Of a DNA stretch of 64,000 nucleotides, positions 40,801 through 50,520 are shown in pieces. The translations under genes were made by a program, and so were the position numbers. Origin of the DNA: Abditibacterium sp. GTDB taxonomy: Bacteria > Armatimonadota > Abditibacteriia > Abditibacteriales > Abditibacteriaceae. The stretch is taken from positions 2,464,001-2,528,000 of the forward strand of contig OZ251992.1 of NCBI GenBank assembly GCA_965246885.1, written 5' to 3'. How positions within the stretch are numbered: the stretch's first letter is position 1; every line of letters starts with the position of its first letter. The notes beneath the pieces are model-generated. The model was not told the DNA's origin. It saw only the letters and a program-made list of their open reading frames with translations, and searched no databases.

Positions 40801-42528
40801 CAACTGCAAGTTGCGGAAGCGGAACTTGAGAACCAGTAGGTCATCGGGGCGGACGACCGTCACTTGCGGTTCTGAAACGTTGACGATGCCGCCGAAGATG
40901 CCCGGATCAATAACTATCACCGGCGGGTGGCCGTTAGAGGCGATGATGGGCGGGCGACCATTGGGCTTGATCGGCGTGATAACAATCGGGTTAGGCGGCA
41001 CCCTTTCGATGGGGGCGCGCCGCTTCAGGATGTCGCCAAGGTTGGGAAGCGGGCGGCGCGTTGGGCTAACGGGTGCGGTGGGCGTGGGGGTGGGCGCAGA
41101 TGTCGGCGTGGGCGTGGGTGCTGGCTCTTTCAAGGGCGGAATCCGAACGCGCGGCGGGATGCGCACAATTGGGCGGTTCTGCAAGGGCACCTCATCCAAG
41201 GGCGTCGCGTGCCCATCAAGGCGGGCGACGACGGTGGACGCAAGCAAAAGAGGAGGCGCGAAGTGGGCGCGGGCGCCGTCGGGAACGTGTAACTGCGTCG
41301 AGAGGGCGCCTTGCCCCTGCGTTTCGGGTAAGGCGCCGGACGCTTCCCCGATGAAAGGTTCGCACTGCCAATGATGGAGGCGGTGCCCGCGCGTGCTCAT
41401 CTTGAAGTCGTTCCCGCTCACGCTCACGCGCCAATGCTCGGCGCTCGTTGCCCTTTCGCTCGCCGCTCGCACGTCTTTGGGGCCGAGTTCGGCTTCTCCG
41501 ATGCGGGCAACGAGGGCTCGCTCTGTTTCTCCGTCATCGCTACCCGCCCAACGCGCGCCCAGAAGCGGCAACGTCCAAGCCCCGCCATTGGCCGCGTTCA
41601 ACGCACGCAAATGGAGCGCGGCTTGAGAACTGGATTGGGTGCCCGCGCCCATCCACGCGAGCGTAGTATGGGCGCAGTCTTCGCCCGCTTCCATAACCCA
41701 AGTATCGAACGGCTCGCCCCGCGCTTCAAGGACGGACAAATCGCGCAGCCATGCTGTTGCGGGCCAAGCGTGGCCTTTGCGCTCGAAACGGAAGCGCGTG
41801 CCTTTGGGAGGCGCGTCCCGTTGCAAAGCGGGCGCGCCCGCCGTCAAGAGTTGCCACTCCCCGCACGAGGAGAAAGCGTCGGCTCCGGCGCACGTCCAGC
41901 GCGCCACGTTTTGCCCCCGCACGTGGAAGAGCCAAGAAGGGAAGAACTCCACTTCCGAGCCGCCTTGCAGATTGAGAGGCACGGCCCCGCTCAAAGCGAG
42001 GGCGTCAAAGTGCGCCGCACTTACCGCGCGAGCGCGGCCTTGCAACCACGCTTCCAACGGCACGCGCGCCGCGAAGCCAAAAGATGGGAACTTGACAAGA
42101 AGCCAGCGCACGCCCGCTTCGCGCCACGACCGCGCCTGAAAATCGGCGGGAAGCCCCGTGCCGGGAAACAGCGCGCCTTGCAGTTCCAAGTGCCACAAAC
42201 CGTTGTTTACCGAGCTAAAGAAACGCGGGCGCCCGCCAAAACGGGACGCATCTATATTCCACTCTCCCATGTCGCAACTGAGGCGCGCGCCGCCTTCAAA
42301 GCGCGACATGTGGGCGTTATTGCCGCTCAGAAGCCCACCAGCAGCGCGAGCGGGCCAAGGCACCAACAGTTGCGCACCTAACGCGCTGCTTCCCATAAGC
42401 AGCTGACGCCTCGTGGGGCGCCAAGACGACGCGGCACACGAGGCATTAAGAGGGTCAAAATGCGCATTCTTTCTACGCGCGGGGTGCGTCTCGCCTTTAA
42501 ACTCGTGCAAAAACGACAAATTAAGCAT
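37846..42528 (-). CDS. Large uncharacterised protein (1560 aa) with Tat signal and beta-rich C-terminus
   Basis: PTRRQLL...ARA twin-arginine signal; Pro/Thr linker; C-terminal amphipathic beta strands; exact start uncertain. Confidence 0.8.
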   Translation of the reverse strand: MLNLSFLHEFKGETHPARRKNAHFDPLNASCAASSWRPTRRQLLMGSSALGAQLLVPWPARAAGGLLSGNNAHMSRFEGGARLSCDMGEWNIDASRFGGRPRFFSSVNNGLWHLELQGALFPGTGLPADFQARSWREAGVRWLLVKFPSFGFAARVPLEAWLQGRARAVSAAHFDALALSGAVPLNLQGGSEVEFFPSWLFHVRGQNVARWTCAGADAFSSCGEWQLLTAGAPALQRDAPPKGTRFRFERKGHAWPATAWLRDLSVLEARGEPFDTWVMEAGEDCAHTTLAWMGAGTQSSSQAALHLRALNAANGGAWTLPLLGARWAGSDDGETERALVARIGEAELGPKDVRAASERATSAEHWRVSVSGNDFKMSTRGHRLHHWQCEPFIGEASGALPETQGQGALSTQLHVPDGARAHFAPPLLLASTVVARLDGHATPLDEVPLQNRPIVRIPPRVRIPPLKEPAPTPTPTSAPTPTPTAPVSPTRRPLPNLGDILKRRAPIERVPPNPIVITPIKPNGRPPIIASNGHPPVIVIDPGIFGGIVNVSEPQVTVVRPDDLLVLKFRFRNLQLQNGALTRKAPGVATVIVEFPPQSVAEEAWFADKTPLFPAKRCLSGPSQLVFRLPADVAKVSYTLESLLDWDRWELVSKPGASSDADPATALEIPCGLTLAPFGARQWNHSAVPKTFAGRTELWHTRLADDFASPAATSGAAVPQTRAFPQIRPHGAHKDLRDRILEGVHPVGGAPIRIGKTPPSLEFRLFGQTRLLRAVAASPIEVPFPTSLTLQDRTQLVELMTAPNRWFEAEALFLTALGGTLKGRTQGAGWNPNELPPRQSLSEWQHRANLGRDFYVRTVREGFLFPFGHPAALVKITERKFETINNRQVAVLRQRQYVIVRQPEKTYRGGGLPDNLGRQMPFNTVRITTSTTPDLDPAQAILTPIGQTTPFAFHLIGFDDAGQKAEWAMPLIWMERSGGPSANLDGPIQLSADNALSIHTLMLRWAAHPEARADLGGQKVALAAPNVPGDTTFAAQTITFGALPKTADPSREAPFSPVVLVSDVNVPALQNLTGDKRPARVRHAQTFVQQGFGAGNAGEVVLELVEGNANALSAATQVVKLGAQSAGGLVQPALGMSGLSRKLGPVGGDLQKIAGGVFHPSDYFGAVLDEARLLGGIKLGDVLKAAGLDLGNAPKMITETVQDATAQAANLENAIPREVRTRINWQTNELVEALAFKPRAGAQLIVAGELVVKPTGATTKITGSLSNFDFDFFGFVVVSFNLLEFIAQSGKKLDVNCKLTDNPVAFGGPLSFIQTLADIIPADRLSDPPSLDISPMGVTVGYDLAIPDITAGAWGFANLKFGAGLTIPFSAQPARLRFNFCSRQDPMAVMCTLLTGGGFCALALGTDGVEEFEASFEVGGSIRLNFGVAKGAVYIMAGIYFELRQAEHAIVLAGYVRAGGSFSVLGLVSISLEMLMQLSYDSGSNMVTGSVEMSVKVSIAFFSKSVSFSAHKEFEAPATIKKGADAIVAELPAPDELHAHHALHLAATHDHWAQVCAAYA

Positions 42529-42856
42529 AAGGGTCTGTGTTCTTAGCGTGGCCGTAGTCTACACTGGGGTTGATACCAACGCAGAAAGATAAAGGGAACG
42601 ATTATCCGGGGGACCTGAGCTACGAACAGTAGCGGAATTCCCCCTTGCTACATCTAATCTACTCACTGACCCGCATACTCTTAAGCTCTCGTATTTGGCT
42701 GAACAGCTGGACGGACGAGTTTATCTTTCCCCGCTTATCCTTTTCTCTCATCTCATAAGCCGGGCGGATTTATGGAGAAATTCGCGCGACAATTGCGGCT
42801 TTTTGGATAGAGCGGTAGGGCTGCTTTGAGCAGGCTCGAAAAAAATTCCCCAAAAA

Positions 42857-42904
42857 ATGTTTAAAGCGCCGCGAAATTGGGCATAATGTATTTACACGAG
42901 TAAA
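42857..42904 (+). promoter_or_regulatory. Promoter ATGTTTAAA-N8-AAATTGGGCATAAT followed by operator TTTACACGAGTAAA
   Basis: Promoter matches the 18696-18726 motif; near-palindrome at 42891-42904 recurs inverted at 44820-44832. Confidence 0.7.
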
Positions 42905-42925
42905 TCCGTGTAAGAGGAATCACTA

Positions 42926-43945
42926 ATGGGAGCAGTAACAATGGCGGATGTGGCGGAGCGGGCCGGGGTTTCCCGGCCCACTGTGTCCTATGTTTTGAGC
43001 GGCAAGGACGCGCAGCTGTTCATCAGCGAAGCGACCAAGCTCCGCGTGTTGGAAGCGGTGAAAGAGATGGGGTATCGCCCCAACGGTAACGCGCGGGCCG
43101 TTCGCAGTGGACGGTTCAACGCTGTCGCGCTGCTGTTGTCGTTGGACACGGAGCGGTCGCATTTGCCGCCCTTGCTGTGGGAAAGTATCCATGACCAATT
43201 GGCGCTTTCCGATTTGCATCTGACGATGGCGCGCTTGCCCGACGAGCAGTTGTCGGATTCGGGGGTGGTGCCCAAAATACTGCGAGAGTGGATGTGCGAC
43301 GGTTTGCTGATTGACCTGACGCACCGCATTCCGCAACGTTTGATCCAGATGATCGAGGAACATCAGGTGCCCGCGATTTGGATCAACTCCAAACAAGAGC
43401 GGGACTGTGTGCGCCCCGATGATTTTGAAGCCGGAAAGCGGGCGGGGGAATACTTCTTGGCCCAAGGGCATCGGAGCGTGGCTTACACCACCTACTTCGA
43501 CACCGCAAGCGGCGACCCGCGCTTGCATTACAGCGCCCTCGACCGCAAAGCCGGATTGCAAGCGGCGATGGAAGAAGCGGGGGGGAGGGCCGAAGAGTTC
43601 AGTCCGTCGTGCCAGATGTCATACGCCTCGCAAGTGGCGGCGTGGAGCGAGTGGCTGGAGCGCCGGGACAGGCCGCGTGCGGTGGCTGGCTACTCTTTTC
43701 CGATGCTGCTTCCTTTGTTGCGCGCACTGGAAAACAGTGGCCGGGGCGTGCCGGGCGGGTTGGAGTTGCTAACTTTCGGGGCGCATGCCGCCCATTACCA
43801 CGAGCTACAACTGCCCACTCTCATCGAGCCAACCCGCCAAGTGGGTCGGGAAAGCGTGAAGATGTTGCTCCGTAAAATCGAGCAGCCGGAAACCCCGCTT
43901 CCCTCGCAAACGATTCCCTTTGAGTTTTCTCCCGGCTCGCCGTAA
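42926..43945 (+). CDS. LacI family transcriptional regulator
   Basis: TMADVAERAGVSRPTVSYVLSG; MGYRPN. Confidence 0.93.
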   Translation: MGAVTMADVAERAGVSRPTVSYVLSGKDAQLFISEATKLRVLEAVKEMGYRPNGNARAVRSGRFNAVALLLSLDTERSHLPPLLWESIHDQLALSDLHLTMARLPDEQLSDSGVVPKILREWMCDGLLIDLTHRIPQRLIQMIEEHQVPAIWINSKQERDCVRPDDFEAGKRAGEYFLAQGHRSVAYTTYFDTASGDPRLHYSALDRKAGLQAAMEEAGGRAEEFSPSCQMSYASQVAAWSEWLERRDRPRAVAGYSFPMLLPLLRALENSGRGVPGGLELLTFGAHAAHYHELQLPTLIEPTRQVGRESVKMLLRKIEQPETPLPSQTIPFEFSPGSP

Positions 43946-44034
43946 GAACACTCGCTGACCACCCTTGACCGGTATTTATCCGAGTCATTGAAGGGTTCAG
44001 CTAAATATTTAGCTGAACCCACAAAGAAGAAACC

Positions 44035-44760
44035 ATGTCTATTTCACACGGCCACCGGGCGGCCCAAAGCCCTTCGTTGCAAAAAGCGTTCACGCTCATA
44101 GAATTATTGGTAGTTATCGCTATCATCGCCATCCTTGCGGCTATCTTGTTTCCGGCCTTCGCCCGCGCCCGCGAAAATGCCCGCCGCGCCTCGTGCCAAT
44201 CCAACCTCAAGCAGATCGGCTTGGGTATCATTCAATACGTGCAGGACTACGACGAGCAACTTCCCGGCTACAACACTGGCGGCCTCTCATGGAAAGTTCA
44301 GCTCCATCCGTATGTGAAAAGCACGCAGCTTTATAGCTGTCCCTCTAACTCGGCCAACAAAGACGATTCCGACGGAAACGGGCTGGGGTTGGTGTTCAAG
44401 CGATCTTATGCCGCCAACGCCAACATGAACGGTATGCCGGGAACGGCGCCATTCACTTTGGGCAACAACGACGATGCAGGTGGCGTCAAGATGTCGTCAA
44501 TGAACGATGTGGCGCGCACCCTTCTCGTCGCGGAGACAACCAACTCCAACGAGCGTGTGCCTTGGTTCTTCAACAACGTCAACGATCTGTTCACTGGGCA
44601 TTTGGGCACGGTCAACTTCCTGTTCGCCGACGGGCATGTCAAAGCCCTCAAGCCCACCGCGACGGGTTCGCCCGTCAACATGTGGAACGTCGAGGAAGAC
44701 AACGACGCCAACCCGACTTTGATGAGCCGCCTCGGCGCGTGGGAAGCCAATCTGAAATAA
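44035..44760 (+). CDS. Prepilin-type / DUF1559 / H-X9-DG protein
   Basis: [11 protein letters not shown]...; [15 protein letters not shown]. Confidence 0.92.
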   Translation: MSISHGHRAAQSPSLQKAFTLIELLVVIAIIAILAAILFPAFARARENARRASCQSNLKQIGLGIIQYVQDYDEQLPGYNTGGLSWKVQLHPYVKSTQLYSCPSNSANKDDSDGNGLGLVFKRSYAANANMNGMPGTAPFTLGNNDDAGGVKMSSMNDVARTLLVAETTNSNERVPWFFNNVNDLFTGHLGTVNFLFADGHVKALKPTATGSPVNMWNVEEDNDANPTLMSRLGAWEANLK

Positions 44761-44774
44761 AGGCTCCCACCAGC

Positions 44775-44804
44775 GAAACGCCGCGACACTGCTCGCGGCG
44801 TTTC
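44775..44804 (+). terminator. Stem-loop downstream of prepilin gene
   Basis: gaaacgccgcga/tcgcggcgtttc 12-bp perfect stem. Confidence 0.7.
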
Positions 44805-44814
44805 CTTATCGCCT

Positions 44815-44832
44815 CATACTTACTCGTGTAAA
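44815..44832 (+). promoter_or_regulatory. -10-like CATACT overlapping a second LacI-type operator TTACTCGTGTAAA
   Basis: Exact reverse complement of 42891-42903. Confidence 0.6.
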
Positions 44833-44895
44833 CGAGGATTGGCTCGAAATCTCTGGGCCACAACAACAGTCGAAGAAACAACCACCGGTATCACC

Positions 44896-47067
44896 ATGAA
44901 CACAACACCCAATGGCGGCAACATCTTGTCGCGCGCTGCGCTGGTCGCGGTCACTCTGGCCCTGCCCTTGGCGGTCAAAGCCGAGAACATCACTTTCCCC
45001 GCCGATAGCGGCGTTCTCGACGTGACAAAAGCGCCGTATAACGCCATTCCCAACGATGGCAAGGACGATACGGTGGCCATTCAAGCGGCGCTCAACGCTT
45101 ATCCCAACGGCGGGCGCATCATTTACTTGCCCAACGGCACGTACAACGTGAGCGATACCTTGTCGTGGCCCGCAGGCGTGGTGGGCGGCAGCGAGTACAA
45201 GAACACCATCATGCAGGGCCAAAGCAAGGCGGGGGTCGTCATCAAGCTGGTTAACGGCGCGGCGGGCTTTTCCAACCCGGCTTCCCCTAAAGCGGTCATC
45301 TTCACCGGCCCCGCCCCGGCGCAGCGCTTTCGCAACGCCATCCGCAACCTCACGGTCAATACCGGCACGGGCAACCCCGGCGCTTCGGGCATCCAGTTCA
45401 ACGCCAGCAACCAAGGCGGGTTGCGCTCGGTTTCCATCGTGTCGGGCGACGGCACGGGCGTAGCCGGGTTGGACATGGCGTTCACGAGCGAGATCGGGCC
45501 GATGCTTATCCGCGATCTGAGCGTGACGGGCTTTAGTTCTGGCATCCGCACCGGAGACGTGATTAACAGCATGACGCTGGAAAACGTGACCCTGAAGAAC
45601 CAGAAGCGGTTTGGCATTTGGAACGTCGGGCAAATCATGACGATTCGCGGCCTCACTTCCACCAACAGCGTGCCCGCCATCGTCAACGGCAACCCCGACG
45701 ATCCGGGCAGCGTGTTGGGCTGGTTCGGCGTGGTCACTTTGCTCGATGCCACCCTGACGGGCACGGGCACCGCGTCCACCCTGCCCGCTATCAGCAACGA
45801 CGGGACGGTGTATGCGCGCAACGTGTCGGCTCCGGGCTATGCCCAAGCCATCGCCGTTCCCACTCATGGCAACGGCATCGGCGCGGCGGGGCCAACGGTC
45901 GCCGAATACGCTTCGGACAACATCGCCTCTTTGAACGGCGCGCCGCAACGCTCGATGATGTTGCCCGTCAAAAGCACCCCCGATGTGGCGTGGGACGCCC
46001 TGTCCGCGTGGGCGAATCCGATGAGCTACGGCGCCATCGGCGATGGCGTCGCGGACGATACCGCCGCCATTCAAGCGGCCATTGATTCGGGGAACACGAC
46101 GGTGTATTTCCCCGGCGACAAGAAGTTCTGCATCAACGGCACCCTTTTAGTGCGCGGCGCCGTCCGGCGCATCACGGGGCTGGAAGGCAAGCTGTGCGGA
46201 AGCGGGCGCATCAAGTTCATCAACGGCACTTCCTCCACCGTTGTCTTCGAGCGGTGCGCCATTGACTACGGTTCTCCGTTGGTTTTGGAGCACGCCGCCT
46301 CGCGCACCGTCGTGCTGTCCAGCCTGCTCGCAAGTTCCATCGTGGGCAGCGGAACCGGCGACTTCTTTCTCGATGACCTGTCGGCGTATCCGTTCGTGTT
46401 TTCCAACAAAGCGCAGAACATCTGGGCGCGCCAGATCAATCCCGAAGGCGAAGACCAAGCCAAAGTCCAGAACCAAGGCGCCAAGCTGTGGATTCTGGGC
46501 CTCAAGACCGAGCGCGGCAACATCATCGTGGACACCTCGGCGGGCGGCGCGACGGAACTTTTGGGCGCGCACATCTTCAACACCACCAACCTGAACGGCT
46601 TCCCGATGTTCCGCGTGACCGACTCGCATCTCACCGTTGCCGGTGTGGGCGAAACCGTTTTCAACGGCAACTACTACCAGACCATCGTGCAGGACACGAC
46701 CAGCGGCGCCACCCAAACCCTCGCACGTGGCGGAGTGCCGACTTTGCGTGTTAACTCCAGCACGTCCATCCCGCTCTTTTCCGACTTCGCGCCAGCCGCC
46801 GCGCCGACCAACTTGGCCGCGTCCTCGATTGGCCGCACCTCGCTCACGCTCACGTGGACGGACAACAGCACCAACGAGACCGGCTACGAAGTCGAGCGCA
46901 GCACGGCGGGAGGCGCTTTCACCCGCATCGCGTCATTGGGCGCCAACACGACCGCGCGCACCGTGACCGGGCTTTCGAGCGTGACCACCTATTCTTTCCG
47001 GGTGCGCGCTATCAACCAATCGGGCGCTTCGGCCTACTCCAACACCATCACGCTTTCGACGCTGTGA
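44896..47067 (+). CDS. Secreted beta-helix glycoside hydrolase (Pectate_lyase_3/GH55-like) plus FN3
   Basis: Two DDTxAIQ repeats, IYLPNGTY; C-terminal FN3 (APTNL...WTDNS...YSFRVRA). Confidence 0.82.
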   Translation: MNTTPNGGNILSRAALVAVTLALPLAVKAENITFPADSGVLDVTKAPYNAIPNDGKDDTVAIQAALNAYPNGGRIIYLPNGTYNVSDTLSWPAGVVGGSEYKNTIMQGQSKAGVVIKLVNGAAGFSNPASPKAVIFTGPAPAQRFRNAIRNLTVNTGTGNPGASGIQFNASNQGGLRSVSIVSGDGTGVAGLDMAFTSEIGPMLIRDLSVTGFSSGIRTGDVINSMTLENVTLKNQKRFGIWNVGQIMTIRGLTSTNSVPAIVNGNPDDPGSVLGWFGVVTLLDATLTGTGTASTLPAISNDGTVYARNVSAPGYAQAIAVPTHGNGIGAAGPTVAEYASDNIASLNGAPQRSMMLPVKSTPDVAWDALSAWANPMSYGAIGDGVADDTAAIQAAIDSGNTTVYFPGDKKFCINGTLLVRGAVRRITGLEGKLCGSGRIKFINGTSSTVVFERCAIDYGSPLVLEHAASRTVVLSSLLASSIVGSGTGDFFLDDLSAYPFVFSNKAQNIWARQINPEGEDQAKVQNQGAKLWILGLKTERGNIIVDTSAGGATELLGAHIFNTTNLNGFPMFRVTDSHLTVAGVGETVFNGNYYQTIVQDTTSGATQTLARGGVPTLRVNSSTSIPLFSDFAPAAAPTNLAASSIGRTSLTLTWTDNSTNETGYEVERSTAGGAFTRIASLGANTTARTVTGLSSVTTYSFRVRAINQSGASAYSNTITLSTL

Positions 47068-47085
47068 ACCCTCCGCTCGAACACC

Positions 47086-50000
47086 ATGACACAACACACC
47101 CAAACGCGCGCTCCGCGCGGCAACAGAATACTCCAAGGCGCGCTTTGCTTGATCGGCCTTGGCGTGGCTTCCCTTTCGCTGCGCACTTGCAGCGTCAGCG
47201 CGGCACCCAGCCAACTCGTCGCGCCCGTTTCAGTGACCGCTTCAAGCACGCAAGACGTGAAGCCGGACAAAATCATTGACGGCTCCGGCTTCAAAGCGGG
47301 CGCCAACCCCGGCGAAGGCACGCACGGCTCCGATAAATACGCCGATGGCGGCGCCATTTGGAACTCGAACTACGTTGGCGGCGCCGCCGACACCAACGCT
47401 AGCCTCACCTTTGACTTTGGCAAAGCGGTGAACATCGGCTCGTTTCGCGTGTGGAACAACAACGAGGACGTGAACGGCAACGACAACACCGGGCGCGGCT
47501 TCAAGGAAGTCGAAATCTCTACCTCGCCCGACAACCAAACCTTCTCGCCCGTCACCACCCTCACTTTCGACAAAGCCACCGGCACCAACGACTACACCGG
47601 TCAACTGCTTTCCCTACCCAAAGTCGTCAACACGCGCTACCTGCGCTTCAAGGCGAACTCCAACTGGCGCGGCGGAGATGTGTCCGGCTTGTCCGAAGTG
47701 CGCTTCTTTAGTGGCTTGAGCGCGGCGACTGGAACCGGCACCGCGACCACTGCCAACATCAATACGCAGGGCACCGGCGGCGCTTTGGCGGCGGGCCAGC
47801 AAGTAACGTTGGGCGGGCGCTCCTTCACCGTCGAAAGCGTCCAAGGCAACCGCGTCGTTTTGCTCGCGGGCGCCGCAACGGGCAATGGCGGCGCAACGGG
47901 CGGAGGCGCCACCAATACGGCGCCCGTCGCCGCGACCGGAACGCGCTTGGGCAACACCCTCGCGCCCGTTTCTGTCGTCGCGTCCAGTTCGCAAGCGTGC
48001 GACCCGCGCCGCATCATTGACGGCTCCGGTTTGCAAGAGACCGCCGATGGGTCGGGCGTCTTTGAACACTCAACCGACAAATTCGCGGGCGGCGGCACGA
48101 TGTGGAACGCCAACTATGTTGATGGCAAAGTGGACGCGAACGCGACGCTGCTTTTCGACATGGGCAAAGAGATCAGCGCGACGGGCGTCCACATCTGGAA
48201 CTACAACGAGAAGCGCGACAACTACAACGGCTTAGGGCGCGGCGTGCGCGATGTCGAGGTTTTGGCGGGTAGCTCGCCCGACGCCCTCACTTCGATTGGC
48301 ACCTACTCCTTTCCCGAAGCCATCGGCCAAGGCGATACCGGAAGCGAAGTGCCCTTCAAAGCGCCCGCAACGGCGCGCTACTTCAAGTTCGTCGTGCAGA
48401 CCACGTGGCTGGGCAACGACGTGCCCGGTTTGTCCGAAGTCCGCTTCCTCATCCCCGGCGGTGCGGCTCCGGCTACCAAAGCCACTAAGCCGGTGGCGAA
48501 GTACGCGCGCCCGACGCACCCCAAACTGGCTTTAGGCCAAGCCCTTGCCGGCGCCGAAAACATCGTCTTCCCCGCCGATGCGGGTCTCGTGGATGTGACC
48601 AAAGCCCCTTATGGTGCCAAGGGCGACGGCGTGAGCGACGACACCGCCGCCATCCAAAAGGCGCTGCAAGACTACCCCAACAAAGGCGCCATCATCTACC
48701 TGCCCAACGGCGTCTACGTCATCTCCGACACGTTGCGCTGGGGCAAAACCGACGACGGCAACTCCGAAAAGAACGAGATTCTCCAAGGCCAGAGCCGCGA
48801 CGGGACGATCATCAAGCTCAAGGACGCCGCGCCCGGTTACGGCAACAAGCGCGCCCCTAAATCTATGGCTTATACCGGCGCCGCCCCCGCCCAGCGCTTT
48901 CGCAACTCCGTGCGCAACGTCACCTTCGATACCGGCGTCGGCAACCCCGGCGCCATTGGCCTCCAATTCAACGCCAGCAACCAAGGCACCGTTCACGACG
49001 TGTCCATCGTATCGGGCGACGGGAGCGGCCCCATCGGGTTGGACATGAGCTTTACTAACGAAATCGGGCCGCTCTTGGTCAAAAACCTGCGCGTGCGTGG
49101 CTTCGACACTGGCATCAAGTGCGGCGGTTCGGTCAACTCGATGACCTTTGAACACGTCGCCGTTCAAGATCAAAACGTAGTCGGAGTTCGCAACGAAGGC
49201 CAGACCGTCACGATGCGCGACTACCGCAGCACCAACGCCGTCCCCGCTTTCGACAACGATTCCGGCTTCGTCACGCTCGTGGGCGCCACCCTGACCGGAC
49301 GCGGTGCGGCGAGCGACAAGCCCGCCATCATCAACAGCGCCGACCTGTATGCGCGCGGCGTCAAAGCCACTGGCTACACGCAAGCCATAAACGGCGCCGC
49401 TGTTAAGGGCCTGAGCCTCGTCGAATACTCCAGCAAGCCCGTCGCCAAGCTCTTCGACTCCCCGGCGGGCGCCCTCAACCTGCCCGTCAAAGAAACCCCC
49501 GAAGTGCCTTGGGACAACCTGAACGACTGGGCCAGCCCCGCGCAGTTCGGCGGCAAACCCAACGACAACCAAGACGACAGCGAAGCCATTCAAAAGGCCA
49601 TTGATTCCGGCAAAACGACTGTTTATCTGCCCAACGGCAATTGGAACATCAACCACACCGTCTTGGTGCGCGGCAAGGTGCGGCGCATCATCGGTTGCGA
49701 AGCGGCGGTTGATATCGCGGGCATGGACACCCCCGGCTTCAAGGTCGTGGACGGCGCGGCGCCCGTCGTTGTCATCGAGCGGCTCATCGGCGGCTACGCG
49801 AAGACCACGAGTGTCGAAAACGCCTCGTCGCGCACCCTCGTGATGGCCAACTTGTGCAACTTCAACGGCCACATGAGCGGGAGCGGCGATGTCTTCATCG
49901 AAGACGTCACCTCCAACCCCTTTCACGGCTGGCAATTCAGTAAGCAGAACATCTGGGCGCGCCAGTTCAACCCTGAAAACGAAGGCACGCACGTCCAAAA

Positions 50001-50307
50001 CGACGGCGGCAAGTTGTGGATACTGGGCCTGAAAACCGAGCGCGGCGGCACCCTTGTCGAAACCAAGGGCGGCGGCCAAACCGAAGTGGTGGGCGGCTTC
50101 TCCTATACCACGACGGCGGGCAAACTGGCGCCGATGTTTGTGGTGGACAACGCCCGCGCCAGTTTCTCCTTCCGCGAAGTTTGCTTTAACGGCGACCCCT
50201 TCACTACCATCGTGCGCGAAACGCGCGGCGGCCAAACCAAAATCGTGGCCGGAACTGACCCGGCGTGGGGCAGCACCTTCACCCTGTACTCCGGTCACGA
50301 CGAATAA
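47086..50307 (+). CDS. Secreted protein: two discoidin/F5-8C-like domains plus Pectate_lyase_3/GH55-like beta-helix
   Basis: Duplicated IIDGSG...FD.GK...WN.NE...GLSEVRF module; catalytic region paralogous to the upstream gene. Confidence 0.82.
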   Translation: MTQHTQTRAPRGNRILQGALCLIGLGVASLSLRTCSVSAAPSQLVAPVSVTASSTQDVKPDKIIDGSGFKAGANPGEGTHGSDKYADGGAIWNSNYVGGAADTNASLTFDFGKAVNIGSFRVWNNNEDVNGNDNTGRGFKEVEISTSPDNQTFSPVTTLTFDKATGTNDYTGQLLSLPKVVNTRYLRFKANSNWRGGDVSGLSEVRFFSGLSAATGTGTATTANINTQGTGGALAAGQQVTLGGRSFTVESVQGNRVVLLAGAATGNGGATGGGATNTAPVAATGTRLGNTLAPVSVVASSSQACDPRRIIDGSGLQETADGSGVFEHSTDKFAGGGTMWNANYVDGKVDANATLLFDMGKEISATGVHIWNYNEKRDNYNGLGRGVRDVEVLAGSSPDALTSIGTYSFPEAIGQGDTGSEVPFKAPATARYFKFVVQTTWLGNDVPGLSEVRFLIPGGAAPATKATKPVAKYARPTHPKLALGQALAGAENIVFPADAGLVDVTKAPYGAKGDGVSDDTAAIQKALQDYPNKGAIIYLPNGVYVISDTLRWGKTDDGNSEKNEILQGQSRDGTIIKLKDAAPGYGNKRAPKSMAYTGAAPAQRFRNSVRNVTFDTGVGNPGAIGLQFNASNQGTVHDVSIVSGDGSGPIGLDMSFTNEIGPLLVKNLRVRGFDTGIKCGGSVNSMTFEHVAVQDQNVVGVRNEGQTVTMRDYRSTNAVPAFDNDSGFVTLVGATLTGRGAASDKPAIINSADLYARGVKATGYTQAINGAAVKGLSLVEYSSKPVAKLFDSPAGALNLPVKETPEVPWDNLNDWASPAQFGGKPNDNQDDSEAIQKAIDSGKTTVYLPNGNWNINHTVLVRGKVRRIIGCEAAVDIAGMDTPGFKVVDGAAPVVVIERLIGGYAKTTSVENASSRTLVMANLCNFNGHMSGSGDVFIEDVTSNPFHGWQFSKQNIWARQFNPENEGTHVQNDGGKLWILGLKTERGGTLVETKGGGQTEVVGGFSYTTTAGKLAPMFVVDNARASFSFREVCFNGDPFTTIVRETRGGQTKIVAGTDPAWGSTFTLYSGHDE

Positions 50308-50348
50308 ACCGTCCCGCCCCAAAGCGGGGGCTTCCCCGGCGCAATCCC

Positions 50349-50502
50349 GGAGGTCTCTCGCCTCACGGCGGACGTCCCTGACGGGAAGAATTCCTCCCCG
50401 GACGCGGTGACGGATGTCCCGGACGCGGTGACGGATGTCCCGGACGCGGTGACGGATGTCCCGGACGCGGTGACGGACGTCTCTCTTCTGGTGGCAGACG
50501 TC
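50349..50502. repeat. Intergenic 21-bp tandem array D (ccggacgcggtgacggatgtc)
   Basis: Four near-perfect copies at 50398-50481 plus in-phase degenerate flanks. Confidence 0.9.
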
Positions 50503-50520
50503 CGGCCTTGTGATCTTTTC

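Noticed and set aside
50407..50520. N-terminal TDVPDAV heptad extension of the beta-helix gene
   Set aside because: It is translation of the repeat array; the ATG at 50521 gives a typical domain start
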